Of a stretch of DNA of 64,000 bases, positions 12,737-23,540 are shown piece after piece. Source of the stretch: Eledone cirrhosa (lineage: Eukaryota); NCBI GenBank assembly GCA_964016885.1, contig OZ024741.1:103974001-104038000 (forward strand). Reading direction: 5' to 3'. The position numbers were made by a program, and so were the translations under genes. Numbering within the stretch: position 1 is the first letter of the stretch; the number at the start of each line of letters is the position of its first letter. The notes beneath the pieces are model-generated. The model worked only from the letters and a program-made list of their open reading frames with translations. It did not search any database and was not told the DNA's origin.

Positions 12737-13012
12737 ATGAAACATTCCCAGCATCGTTATGTAACTACCCTTGCGAACAAGACCTGGCAACTGAGGGAAA
12801 GTAACCATCAATATACCCTGAAGTGGAAAAAATTATCGAACGCGCCCCCATATCGGAGTGGTATGAGAAGCTGTCGATTATGTGACCTTGAACTGTTCCA
12901 CATTTTGAGTTCGAAGAATAAGTTACTCAACAATAAAATCGAAAGATCAATTTATTGCAACCATAGACTGAAACAAAGGTTTTCGCACTACAAGTGCAAA
13001 TCGAACCCTTAA
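12737..13012 (+). pseudogene. PLE endonuclease C-terminal fragment (inverted partial copy at 12542-12720)
   Basis: TTLANKTWQLRE...LKWKKLSNAPPY...CRLCDLELFHIL...LLNNKIE...CNH resembles the T.LS.YIW.LK...KW.I...A.PY...C.LCL.EK..I...LLNKR.E...CRH tail of invertebrate PLE proteins (recalled pattern). Confidence 0.7.
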
Positions 13013-13243
13013 CCTCTTACTACTACCACCTGACAAACTGCATATACTTAGACTTTCTACCCTCTTATTGTATACAACCCCTTTAATTACCCACAAAAAC
13101 CAATACCTACATCCCTCCCTTCTCCTTTATTTCTTTTCGCTTTCTTCCTTTCTTCTCTCTCCTTTTTTTTTGATGTCTTTTATATTCTTCCCCCCCCCCT
13201 CTTTTATTTTATTTATTTATTTATTTATTATTATTTTTATTTT

Positions 13244-13292
<49 letters not shown>

Positions 13293-14496
13293 ATAAATTA
13301 TCGAGATTCGCATTTCGGCCCACGAAATAACGAAAAACAACCTCCGAGATGTGAGGCAAGTGCTCAATGATTCAGATGAACCAGAGCTATAACAAACGTT
13401 AAAGGCCAAACACACTGAGACGATGGTTAAAAAATCATTCGCATAGCCAAAAAAACGATCAAGTAATTCGGGTATTGAAAATTTACCTGGATCCCTGGAA
13501 GGTTGTTAAAATCCAGTATTTGGGTTTCTGCGGCTCCTAAATCAAGTACCGTCCGCTTACATAAATAATGTCAGGCTTCTGGTAAGATGATTGAACAAGG
13601 AAGCCACTTTCTCAACAGGTTTTAGTTCAATGTTAATACAAGGACTGACTATTGCTGACTCCACGTGGGGATCGGCAAGGGAGGCAGCCCCTATATCAGG
13701 CGAATAAATTCAGTTGTATATATTTTTGCAAGAATGCAAAAACATCACAAATCGAATAGAGTTCTCAACAGAAGAGTTAAAATTAACATGAGCTATTCAT
13801 TAGTCAATAGAATCAACTAAAAAATCAAGAAAATTAACTGGTCAATAGCTAGAGTCTGGAGATAAATACAAACATAAATTATCGAGATTATATATATATA
13901 TATATATATATTTATCTCTCTCTCCCTCCCTCCCACTATAAACAATTTAATTCTCTTTAACTCACTACACTCTAAATCAACGACATCATGTCTACATATA
14001 TCAAAACTGATCAAAGATTCCTTCCACCTATACCCCTCCCTCCATCTCAGTTTGTCACCCTACTTCCTAATTCTTCTCCCTATTCCTCTCTCTCTATACT
14101 ACTCCCTTTGTCCCTCCACTTTCTAATTCCTCTTCCTCTCTCTCTATACTAGCAAATACAATTCCAAAAAATGTGTTTATCTATATATTAAGAACTTGTT
14201 AAGAGTAACTTATTCACTATTTTGAAAATTTGGACGTGTACAACAATTATTATTGAGTGGCTGCTATTTGCAGTATAGCAATATAAGGTTGCACTTACCA
14301 ATGAAACGGTCGTAAATACCTGGATAAAATCCTTTTTTTAATGCTTAGCTGTGTTTTCTCTTTTATCCTTTACACTCCAAGATTGAACGTGATTCTTACA
14401 AACTTGTGGAGTTACCCCTAACCGTACGTTGAAACCGTCCATGAAACTGGCTGTCTTAACCACGAATTGGATTACAATAAGCAATTTTCTGCTTCC

Positions 14497-14564
<68 letters not shown>

Positions 14565-14579
14565 TTCGCATTTTTTTTT

Positions 14580-15427
14580 GCAAGAATTCTTATCTGAAAA
14601 CGTATGTTGAAACAGATATTGTTATACATTGGGAGGGTCATACTGCCAACAAATACACACATGCATCTGTTGGTTTTCACTTTAATTTATTGCAAATTTC
14701 CAGTTGGTTGGTTTAATAACCGGATGGTTGTTTATATATTGTCAAAGCTCTTTCGTCACACATTCTGTGACCTCCTCAGTGACTGGTCTGTTATTTTGTG
14801 TCTCCTTTGTTCTGTCCTACACCATCTTTTTTGTGTGTATTGTGTACTTGCTCTGTGCATGCGTTACATCTGGGTGTGTGTGTTTATTTATTCATTTATT
14901 TGTCACTAGTTGGTTGCTTGTTCTATTTGTGTGTGTGTCTGGTTTGTTTTATTAGTTTGGTTCTTGTGTGTCTCTGTATGTCTTTATCTCTCCTTAATTA
15001 CTAGTTATGATGTTGTTGCTTTCCACTCATGTTTTCTGTTTAATTTTGGTTGGAGTTCGTTTATCTTTGTCGCTTCTGTAATCTGTTGGAACATTGCATC
15101 TTTTCTGTGTATGGATATAATTTTTACTTCTATGTTCCATTTTGGCATGTTGGTGGAGCACTGATGAGTTCATCCGATCTTGGAGTTCTCACCAGTGTTC
15201 ATTTATCCTTTCTCAAATGCTACGGGCAGTCTCACCTATGTAAGTTGTGTTCTTATTCCTACGCTGTCCCTCAGTACACCTTATGCTATATATTACGTTC
15301 CTAGTTTTGCAGTTAGTTTGAGGGCTTAATTTTCAGACTATGCATTTCCAATCAGTGCAAGTTATTTTTTGAAAAATATGTTCTAATAATTAGGGCTTTC
15401 AACTATCTTAATATTTAATTTTTGTTT
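14580..15427 (-). mobile_element. Penelope-like element (Neptune-like), GIY-YIG endonuclease remnant and 3' tail
   Basis: Minus translation with stops/frameshifts: KLNIKIVES...CTDWKC...NCKTRNVIYSIRC...TYIGETARSI*ERINEH...SVLHQH...QITEATKI...LNRKHEW, stop at 15005-15007. Confidence 0.85.
14741..14783 (-). ncRNA. Minimal type-I hammerhead ribozyme in the PLE 3' tail
   Basis: Minus strand GUCA-CUGAGGA-G-GUCACA(GAAUG)UGUGAC-GAAA-GAGC-UU-UGAC. Perfect stems I and II, intact core, 2-bp stem III, CUU triplet. It is sense to the PLE ORF, ~220 nt after its stop. Confidence 0.8.
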
Positions 15428-15600
15428 GTCTAGAGCAGGGGTCACCAAACTACGGTCCGCGGGCCGGATCAGGCCCGCGACGTCAGTTCATCAGGCCTGC
15501 CGACGGTACTTGCATTTGCGTGATAAAACGGATGGAACACAAGATGTTTCTAATTCAATGTCTTTTTCATTTTCAGGTCCCATTTTCTTCACCCTTTATT

Positions 15601-17609
15601 ATGGCTACTAAGAAAAGAAAAGTGGACGCCGAGTGTCGCGTTTTCAATGAAGAATGGGGAATAAAGTACTTCTTTGTGGAAACAAATGACCAGAAAGCTA
15701 GTTGCGCGGTATGCAGCGAAAGTGTTGCCGTTTTGAAAGAGTACAATCTTCGGCATCACTATGAAACAAAACATCTATCAATATATTCAAAGTTTTCTGG
15801 AAAGTTATGCTCTGAGAAATATGAGTCCATGAAACGTGGTTTAGAAACTCAAAGAAATCTTTTCACAAGAAAGTTTGCTGAAAATGAATCTGTCACTCGT
15901 ACAAGTTACAAAATAGTGCATAAGTTGGCACAGCGAGGAAAACCGTTTACTGATGGCAACTTCATCAAAGAGTGTATGATGGAAGCAGCAAATGACTTGT
16001 GTCCTGAGAAAGCCGATTTGTTTGGAAGTATCAGCCTTTCGGCAAGTTCAGTCGTGCGGAGAACAGAAGAACTTGGAGAGAACATAGTGCTACAGATACG
16101 CGAGAAAGCTAGGAACTTGTTGTGGTATTCTCTGGTGCTGGATGAGTCTACTGATCTCTCGAGTACGTCACAACTTCCCGTGTTCATTCATGGTGTCAAT
16201 TTGGACTTTCAGATAACGGAAGAGTTGGCATCCATTTGCTGCATGCATGGAACAACAACTGGAAAAGACATTTTCATGGAAGTGCAGAAAACTTTGCTGT
16301 GAACTTCATTCGGGGACATGCACTCAATCACCGTCAGTTCCAGGCTTTTCTTGAAGAAATTGATTCTGATTTCTGTGACTTGCCTTATCACACAGCAGTG
16401 AGGTGGCTCAGCTGCGGTAAAGTCCTGTTTCGTTTTTACAAGCTCCGAAACGAAATAGATGTTTTTCTCACTGAAAAAGATAGAGCTGATCCACAGCTGT
16501 CAGATCCTACCTTCAGTGGAATCAGCTTCGAGGTGTTACAGTTGATGGAGGAAAAACATGGCTGGAGTGAGGAAGGGTCTGGTTGGGCAGATCAGGACTC
16601 AGTTGGAAGATTTGCAAATTCCGGGCGCTCTGTTCATACACTGCATCATACATTAGCAAGCACTCTGTGGGAAAGACTTGGATATTTCTTGTGTACTGAA
16701 ACCAGTCGTTTCTGCTGTGAACTTCATTCGGGGACATGCACTCAATCACAGTCAGTTCCTGGCTTTTCTTGAAGAAATTGATTCTGATTTCTGAGACTTG
16801 CCTTATCACACAGCAGTGAGGTGGCTCAGCTGCGGTAAAGTCCTGTTTTGTTTTTACAAGCTCCGAAACAAAATAGATGTTTTTCTCACTGAAAAAGATA
16901 GAGCTGATCCACAGCTGTCAGATCCTACCTGGCTGTCAAAGTTGACATTTTTGGTCAACATCACATCCCACATGAATGAACTGAACTTGAAACTTCAGGG
17001 AAAGGATAACCTCGTCTGTGATCTCTACAGAATCATCAAAGGATTTCGGAGAAAGCTGTCATTGTTTGAAGCACAATTGGAAGGAGAAAACTTCTCTCAT
17101 TTTCACTGTTTCAAAGAGTTTTGCGCTACAATTGCTGAAGATGTCAACCTCGATTTTCCTAAAAAGATTATTCGTGACTTGAAGAAGCATTTTTTGAGAG
17201 ATTTTGAGATCTCGACAGAATTGAGAGTGACATTCTTCTGTTCCAGAATCCGTTTGATTGTAACCTTGATGATGTGCCAGTTGAACTACAGTTGGAGCTC
17301 ATTGATTTGCAAGCAAATGACTTGTTGAAAGAGAAGCACAGAGAAGGAAAACTTGTTGAATTTTACCGCTTCTTACCTGATGTTGAGTTTCCGAAATTGA
17401 AGAAATTTGCCGCTAGTATAGCATCATTGTTTGGAACAACTTATGTCTGTGAGCAAACAATTTCAAAAATGAAGTATGTGAAGTTAACACATCGAACGAA
17501 ATTGACTGCTAAACATTTGAAAGCAATTCTCTTGATTGGATGCAGCAATTCCAAACCAAACATTGATGATATCTTGAAAGCCAAACGTCAGTTTCACAAA
17601 TCTCACTAA
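15601..17609 (+). pseudogene. hAT transposase (GTF2IRD2/SPIN-like), frameshifted and rearranged
   Basis: MATKKRKVDAECRVFNEEW, BED-like C..C...H....H, LDESTD, VTVDGG, HCIIH, VRWLS.G and FGTTYVCEQ dimerisation motif. Split over several frames with an internal duplication. Confidence 0.92.
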
Positions 17610-17625
17610 CCTTTTTTGCTGCTTA

Positions 17626-18416
17626 TCATCATCATCATCATCATCATCGTTTAACGTCCATCTTCCACGCTTGCATGGGTTTGGACGGGAATTTTCCCAC
17701 TTGAGGCAAGATTGGTTGTCTTGCTCGTATAGGACTGTCTGGCGGGTTTTCTACGGCTGGATGCCCTTCCTAACACCAACCACGTTTACAGTGTGGACTG
17801 GGAGGTTTTTACCGTGTTACCTATACGGCCACATTACAGCGTGGACTGTGTGTTTTTTTGTCGTGACACCTACACGACCTCATTTATTTCGGACTGGATG
17901 TTGTGGTACCAACATAACTTTACATCGAAAGGGGTGGTGTGGATAGTGGGACAGGGGTGTATTTTTGTTAAGAGGTGCCTACTGACTGTAGGTTTCGCTT
18001 TGTACTTAGGCAAGGCGGGTCTTCTGTATTACTGTGTAGCGCCAAAGATCTCGGTCCAGTGACATTGTCTTGGAGAGGTGTAAGTGTGTGAGGTCGGAAT
18101 TTATCAAGTCGTCCCAGGTTTTTCTGGGTCTACCTACTCCGTGGCTACCGTCTATTTTTATCGTCCTGCACTTTTTTATACAGCTGTCGTCTTTCATGCG
18201 CATCACGTGACCGTACCAACGTAGTCTTCTCTCGAGTAAACAACATCTGATCCCTCTTATTCCTAATTTCTCCCTTAGTTCGTTTATGCTTTGCCGTTCG
18301 CGTATATTACTATTACACATCCAGCGGAGCATGCAAGCTTCGTTCCTCTCCAGTCTGCGTATATCATCTGCACACAATTCCCAGGTCTCACTGCCATGTA
18401 ACATTGCTGTTCGTAA
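17626..18416 (-). mobile_element. 5'-truncated RTE LINE (tail type B) inserted in the hAT
   Basis: MLHGSETW...RRLRWYGHVMRM...GRPRKTW; (GAT)n tail; TSD TGCTTA at 17620-17625 and 18417-18422. Confidence 0.9.
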
Positions 18417-18710
18417 TGCTTAGTTTGTAAGATTCGGATATGTGCACACTAGGTCTGATGTAACTATATTTTTGCTAACGTCGCCTTCTTTGATAACTTT
18501 TTAGTAAAAAAATATGTTGGTTGTCTTTGTTTTTTTGTGCATTGCACGCCACTCACCCATGATTAACATGGAATGCTAAACGTAGTGTTTCGTCTTTTTT
18601 CCCAGAGCTTTCGTTCTGGCTTGCAAGTATTGAACAGAATGATTATGTGGCCCGCGCTCGTCATTCTTTCAGTTATCCGGCCCACTGTGAAAAAAGTTTG
18701 GTGACCCCTG

Positions 18711-19086
18711 ATCTAGAGCTCTTCTAAATCTGTAAGCTAGTTCACCTCTGGGGGTTGCATTGATGAACATTACAATCTGGTATTTATTGCTATTATACCA
18801 TGAGTTGACTTTATTGGTCTTCTTAATTCTTTCTATCTAATTCCAAAATTTGCTCCTATATATGAGGCAAGTCCCATTCACATCATTTTCTACAATCTTT
18901 GTCCATTTGGCCCTGGCTCTTTTATATACCCTGATCTTGTCTCTGTGACTGTAGCCAGAGAATTGCATATGGTAGATGAAGTGTTGTATGTGTGTCTCTA
19001 ATTCTTTAGGATTGCACAAGCGGGACACATTCCTCATCACTCTTACTAAATCCGCAATTAGTATAATAACTTTCATGTTATCTGAA
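18711..19086 (-). mobile_element. Same Penelope-like element, RT C-terminal region (upstream of the hAT insertion)
   Basis: LIADLVRVMRNVS...HMQFSGYSHRDK...IYRSKFW...SWY...IVMFINATP.GELAYRFRRALD reads on into KQKLNIKIVE once the hAT and one TSD copy are removed. Confidence 0.8.
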
Positions 19087-19960
19087 ATGGCTTTTGCATC
19101 CCCTAAAACTGAGGCCATCACCCTCCCTGCAGATGAAACGACCTTGGCCTTCTTTAGAGCAGGTGAGGAGGGGTATTTCCATTGCATGGGTTGTCTCTTT
19201 TTCTATGGCTCAAAGTGATGAACCCAACACACATCCTGGGTTAGAAAACGTTCAAGGAAACCAGCTGGATGTGCCTTAAACAATGTCAGATTTTCCCGTA
19301 ATGTGATCAACTTGGTGCACTTTTGATCAGGTATCAGTAGACATGGCACCCACTGAGCAGAAAACTTTCTCATGCCAAGATCATCATGCAGACTATTCTG
19401 AACTCTCTCACAGGATATGCTAATAGCATTGGCTTCACCATATGGTGAACACAATCAGTGTTTCCCTCGGTGGTGACAGTTGCATGATGTCCAGACCTTG
19501 GGCCATCATAAAGACTCTTCCTTCCCCTCTTAAATTCAGCTACCTACTTTTGTACTGTTGATAAAGCAGGAGCATCATCCCCTAATGTAGCAACCATGTC
19601 AGCATGAATGTCCTTTGAGGTTAACCCTTTAGCATTCACATTACTCTATATATACTATTATATTTTCATGGTAAAGGCTTTACCTCGCATAATTATCTCA
19701 CATAATATCGAATCTATAAGATTTTGAAAGTATTTATTTTGAGAACAATACCTTAACATCAGTTTGAGCGACCAGTTACAGCCAGTTTCAACAGAAAAAG
19801 GTAGAGAATTCTGGCCGGTTTTGGCTGGTTTGAACATTAAAGGGTTAAACTCTTTTTCTACAAGTACTTGATAACACCAAGATGCCAAATTTTGTCCATT
19901 TTCAAGAGAAGATACTACTAGTTACTTTGAAAGTCTTCTTTCAGCCGACGCCGAAACTAA
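19087..19960 (-). mobile_element. Degenerate mariner transposase, 5' part
   Basis: MDKIW...VIKYL...DIHADMVATLGDDAPALSTVQK...FKRGR; LGMRKFSAQWVPCLL; FLTQDVCWVHHFEP; QWKYPSSP..KKAKVVSSAGRVMASV. Interrupted by a TTAA MITE. Confidence 0.85.
19625..19844. mobile_element. piggyBac-type MITE inside the mariner
   Basis: TTAA|CCCTTTAG...TAAAGGG|TTAA. Confidence 0.88.
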
Positions 19961-20324
19961 ATAAATGCAAATACTGGAAGAAGGAAATTGTGTATCCAGT
20001 AGCACTCTATTGATTACAGCTATTTATCACTCAATAATAATAATAGTTTCTGATTTAGGCATAAGGCCAACTATTTGGGGGGAGGGCAAAGTTGATTAAA
20101 TCAACCCCAGTTTGTTGGTGGCCTTATGCCAAATGTAAAAATTATTACTCAATAATAATAATACTTTCTACATTTGCCAGCAATTTAAAGGGAAGTGGGT
20201 AACTGGTGGTGGAGATGGTGTGGTGTTTTGGTAGGGAGTGATCTAGTTGTGATAAGGAGTGGTGTGATGGGTATCACACCATCACTCTACAACCCTTTGA
20301 CCATGAAACAACACTGTCCAGTTC

Positions 20325-20850
20325 CTGGTCATGTCACAGCACCATCAACAGCTACTGGCTATGCAGTAGCCTCATATACAATCTCTGGCCATCTTACTGC
20401 ATCTTCCACAGTTATTAGCCATGCTGTAGCACCAGTCACAGGCTTTGGCCATGCTGTAGCAGTTAACATCCTCTGGCCATGCTGCAGCACCATCTACAAC
20501 CTCTGGCTATGCTGTAACACCATCCGTCTCTGGCCATGTTACTGCATCTCCCAGTCATTGGCCATGCTGTAACACCAGTCACAAGCTCTGACTATGCTGT
20601 AGCACAGTCAACAGCCTCTGGCCATGCTGCAGCACCATCTATCGTCTCTGGCTATGCTGTAGCACTGCCTACCATCTCTGGCAATGGTGTAGCACCATTC
20701 AATCATTGGTCATGCTGTAGCACTTTCTACAATCTCTGGCCGTACAGTAGCACTGTCTACTGTCTCTGACCATGCTTCAGCACCCTTTACTGTCTCTGCC
20801 ATGCTACAGCAGCTTCCACAGTCATTAGTCATGTTGCAACACTTTGGCTA
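20325..20850. repeat. ~30-bp degenerate minisatellite
   Basis: Roughly 17 units of the form CTGGCCATGCTGTAGCACCATCTACAATCT. Confidence 0.85.
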
Positions 20851-21199
20851 CAGTGCTTTCTGTACCTCCATCTTGACTTTTAATGAGATTATCTTAAATG
20901 CATGGAAATTAGTAACTTCTGAGTAAAAGCAAGACACATGGACAAATATAAAATAACCCAGTGGAGAATATGGAAACTTAAAAAAAAAATCACCAAATGC
21001 CTACAGGTTTAGAAAGAAAACAAGAAATTCAACTCCTATAACACAGAAGAAACTGGAAACTCTGCGACAACCTATCAAAAGATTGTGGTTAGAATAAAAG
21101 ATGATGAGGTGGGGAAATAAAACCTGGAAGGCTGATGAGTAGCAAAGGACTATGCCAGTTAGTTAGTTAGTTTATGTAGAAATCAAAAAAAAAATATAA

Positions 21200-22820
21200 A
21201 TAAATAAAAAGAAAAATTGACAATGTTCTGTGACATGAAAATTAGAAGTGTAGTGTTCCACATTGTAAGATAGTGTACCAGGAAGAACTGAGATGTGGGA
21301 GAAGTTTATGCAGGATGACAGTAACTCACTCACCCTTACTGATGCTGAAATGAAAGATTCTTGGAAGTGTTTCTATGAGAGGGTGTTAAATAAAGAGAAT
21401 GCATAAGAGAGTATACATCATAAGTGGACCTAACTGAAGTGCCAGCCATCAAAGTTAACAGCAGAATGGTAGATAAAGAAATTAAAGATATAAAGATAGG
21501 AAAAACAGCTGGCCCATCCAAAATTGTTGCTGTGATTATTAAACTATCTGGTGGAGTATGTCACCAAATAGTCACTTGCAGGAGGGTGCTATACCTAAAG
21601 ACTGGCATAGCAGTATCATTGTCAAGGTCAAAGGAGATGCACTAGGGAAGGGAAATTTCAAAGGCATCAAACTTTTGGATCAGGTTATGAAGATCACAGA
21701 AAGAGTAATTGCACAATTAGGGACAGAATTAATCTAAATGAGGTGCAATTTGGCAAGAAGCATTACTTATGCCATCTTTGAAGTTAGACAGCTGTAGAAG
21801 TATTTAGCTATGAATAAGCTACTATATCTAGCATTCATTGACCTGAGAAAGGCCTTTGATAGAATTCCACACTCTATAATTTGGTGTTTGCTTAGGAAGC
21901 TAGAGATATAAAAATGACTTGATATAGTACAGGCCATGTAGGGTGCAATTGGGAAGGTGAGAGTCAGCGAATACAGTGATGAGTTTAATGTGTAAGTGGG
22001 AGTCCACCAAAGCTTAGTCCTCAGTATCTTTCTGGTTATTACAGTTCTCCAAGCCATAACAGGGGAGTTCAAGACTCATCTGTGGAAGCTCTTATATGCT
22101 GATGATCTAGCCTCCATAGCAGTATAGAACTGTCAGGCATGGAAGCAAAATCTAGAATCAAAGGACCTCAAAATAAAACTAGGAGAAAAAAGGGTAAGAC
22201 TCTGCTACCATCTGGGAAATTGCCATGCTCAAAGTGTAGAAAAAGAGTAGGTAGTATTTGCATAAAATGTACCCAGTTTAGATTGTGGACACACAAGAGG
22301 TGTAGTGGGATCACAGAGAGGGTAGATTTTGTACATGGCAGATGAAAATAAATAGTGAACAGTAAGAGTACTCAAGAAACTCTCAAATATTCAAACGGCT
22401 CACTGGAATTAGTAGAAAGCGTCTGCTATCTAGGTGATCTCATTAGTAGTCAAGGTGAATATACAGAAAGTGCTGTAGCCAAAATTAGAACAGGATGGAA
22501 GACGTTCAATGCTGGCAACAAAGGACTTTTCTCTCAAAATGAAGAGCCGATTATATGATGCTCTTATTCAAATTGCAATGCTGCATAGTAAAGGGACATG
22601 GAGTTTGAATGCAAAAGATTTGTGGTGGCTAAAAAGAAATGAGGCATGCATGCTTTGATAGATATGTTATATTAGTGTCTGTGAACTGAGATACAAGTCG
22701 AGTTCAAGCAGAATTGAATGTAGTATACAAGAGTGACAATTCTGCTGGTATGGATATGTGATGTATAAAGAGAGCAAGAGTTTTATAAAAAGTGCAGGGG
22801 ACTTGAAGTGGCTGAAATCA
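21200..22820 (+). mobile_element. Old, heavily decayed RTE LINE
   Basis: Fragments KIGKTAGPS, AFIDLRKAFD, GVHQ, LLYADDL and LPSGKLPCSKCRK are colinear with 55840-57670. Confidence 0.85.
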
Positions 22821-23029
22821 CAATTCTATGCTAAAATTCAGTAGAAAAAAATGCTAGATAATAATTTAAAAAACAACAACAAAAAAACTGCTAAAGTCCA
22901 ATTATATTTAAAACCTTAATTTTTATTTACATTTTTTAATTAAATTCAACATTGAGAAATAATTTCTTCAATTTCATTCTAGCATTTGCCATATCTTTTT
23001 TCAACTATATTTTACAGAATTTTTTTCAC

Positions 23030-23540
23030 CTCAGCATATTGACCTGCATTTTGTTTTTCAGTTTTAATTTGATTCTCCTCATACTGCTGAACAACTGTTC
23101 AACTTCAATATTTGAGTTTGGCAATATTAATAGGCTAATGGCAAATTCTACATCTCTAATCGTTGAAACTCACAGAGTAGATGATGAAGGAAAACAGTGA
23201 GAGGAGAGATGCTGAAAGAGACCCATCCAACCCTTACAAGTATGGAAAAATTGACATAAAAATGACAATGATGATCTCTAAAGGTACTTCCTCCAGTGGC
23301 ATCTTCATAATCCAAAACTTCTAACCAGAATACCTCAGTATTAGATGTATTTGTCCATTTAACTAAATGGATGCTATCAAACTGAGTTTCAATTTGAGCA
23401 ATCTTTTCTTCGTTTAAATGCATTGCTTCTAAGACAGGCAAAATTGGCTTTTTTAAATGCCTTAAAGCCTCAAAGTATTCTGTACTGAAGAACATTTGAT
23501 ACTCCTCAGTATATTAAAGTTTTCTGACAAATGTTGCTTG
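23030..23540 (-). mobile_element. Degenerate hAT transposase C-terminal fragment
   Basis: ...KWTNTSNTEVFWLEVLDYEDATG...FAISLLILPNSNIEVEQLFSSM..IKLK.KNKM resembles the hAT dimerisation domain; interrupted near 23155-23275. Confidence 0.65.

Larger units (their letters stand above)
11453..14500. mobile_element. Fold-back (5'-inverted) Penelope-like element remnant with nested inserts
   Basis: Outer inverted arms ~11455-11905 / ~13915-14366 and inner arms ~12300-12720 / 12834-~13270, both near-identical. The inner arms encode a PLE GIY-YIG-type C-terminus. Flanked by (TA)n. Confidence 0.8.
15436..18710 (+). mobile_element. hAT transposon, Charlie/Buster/SPIN group, with both ends but a disrupted transposase
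   Basis: 15-bp TIRs CAGGGGTCACCAAAC / GTTTGGTGACCCCTG and 8-bp TSD gTCTAGAG / aTCTAGAG, the NTCTAGAN-type site characteristic of this group. Confidence 0.95.

Noticed and set aside
14255-14320. Complete hammerhead in arm A
   Set aside because: Only GAAACGGUC and a possible stem-I strand are present. Neither arm has CUGANGA, so it is kept only as an orphan half.
15161-15205. CTGATGAG as a plus-strand hammerhead core
   Set aside because: No GAAA box follows; it is the antisense of PLE coding sequence.
14604-15304. Hydrophobic plus-strand ORFs resembling membrane proteins
   Set aside because: They are the antisense of the A/C-rich PLE tail and endonuclease.
20325-20850. CRISPR-like or coding repeat array
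   Set aside because: Units are contiguous with no unique spacers, there are no cas genes, the context is eukaryotic and reading frames break. It is a minisatellite.
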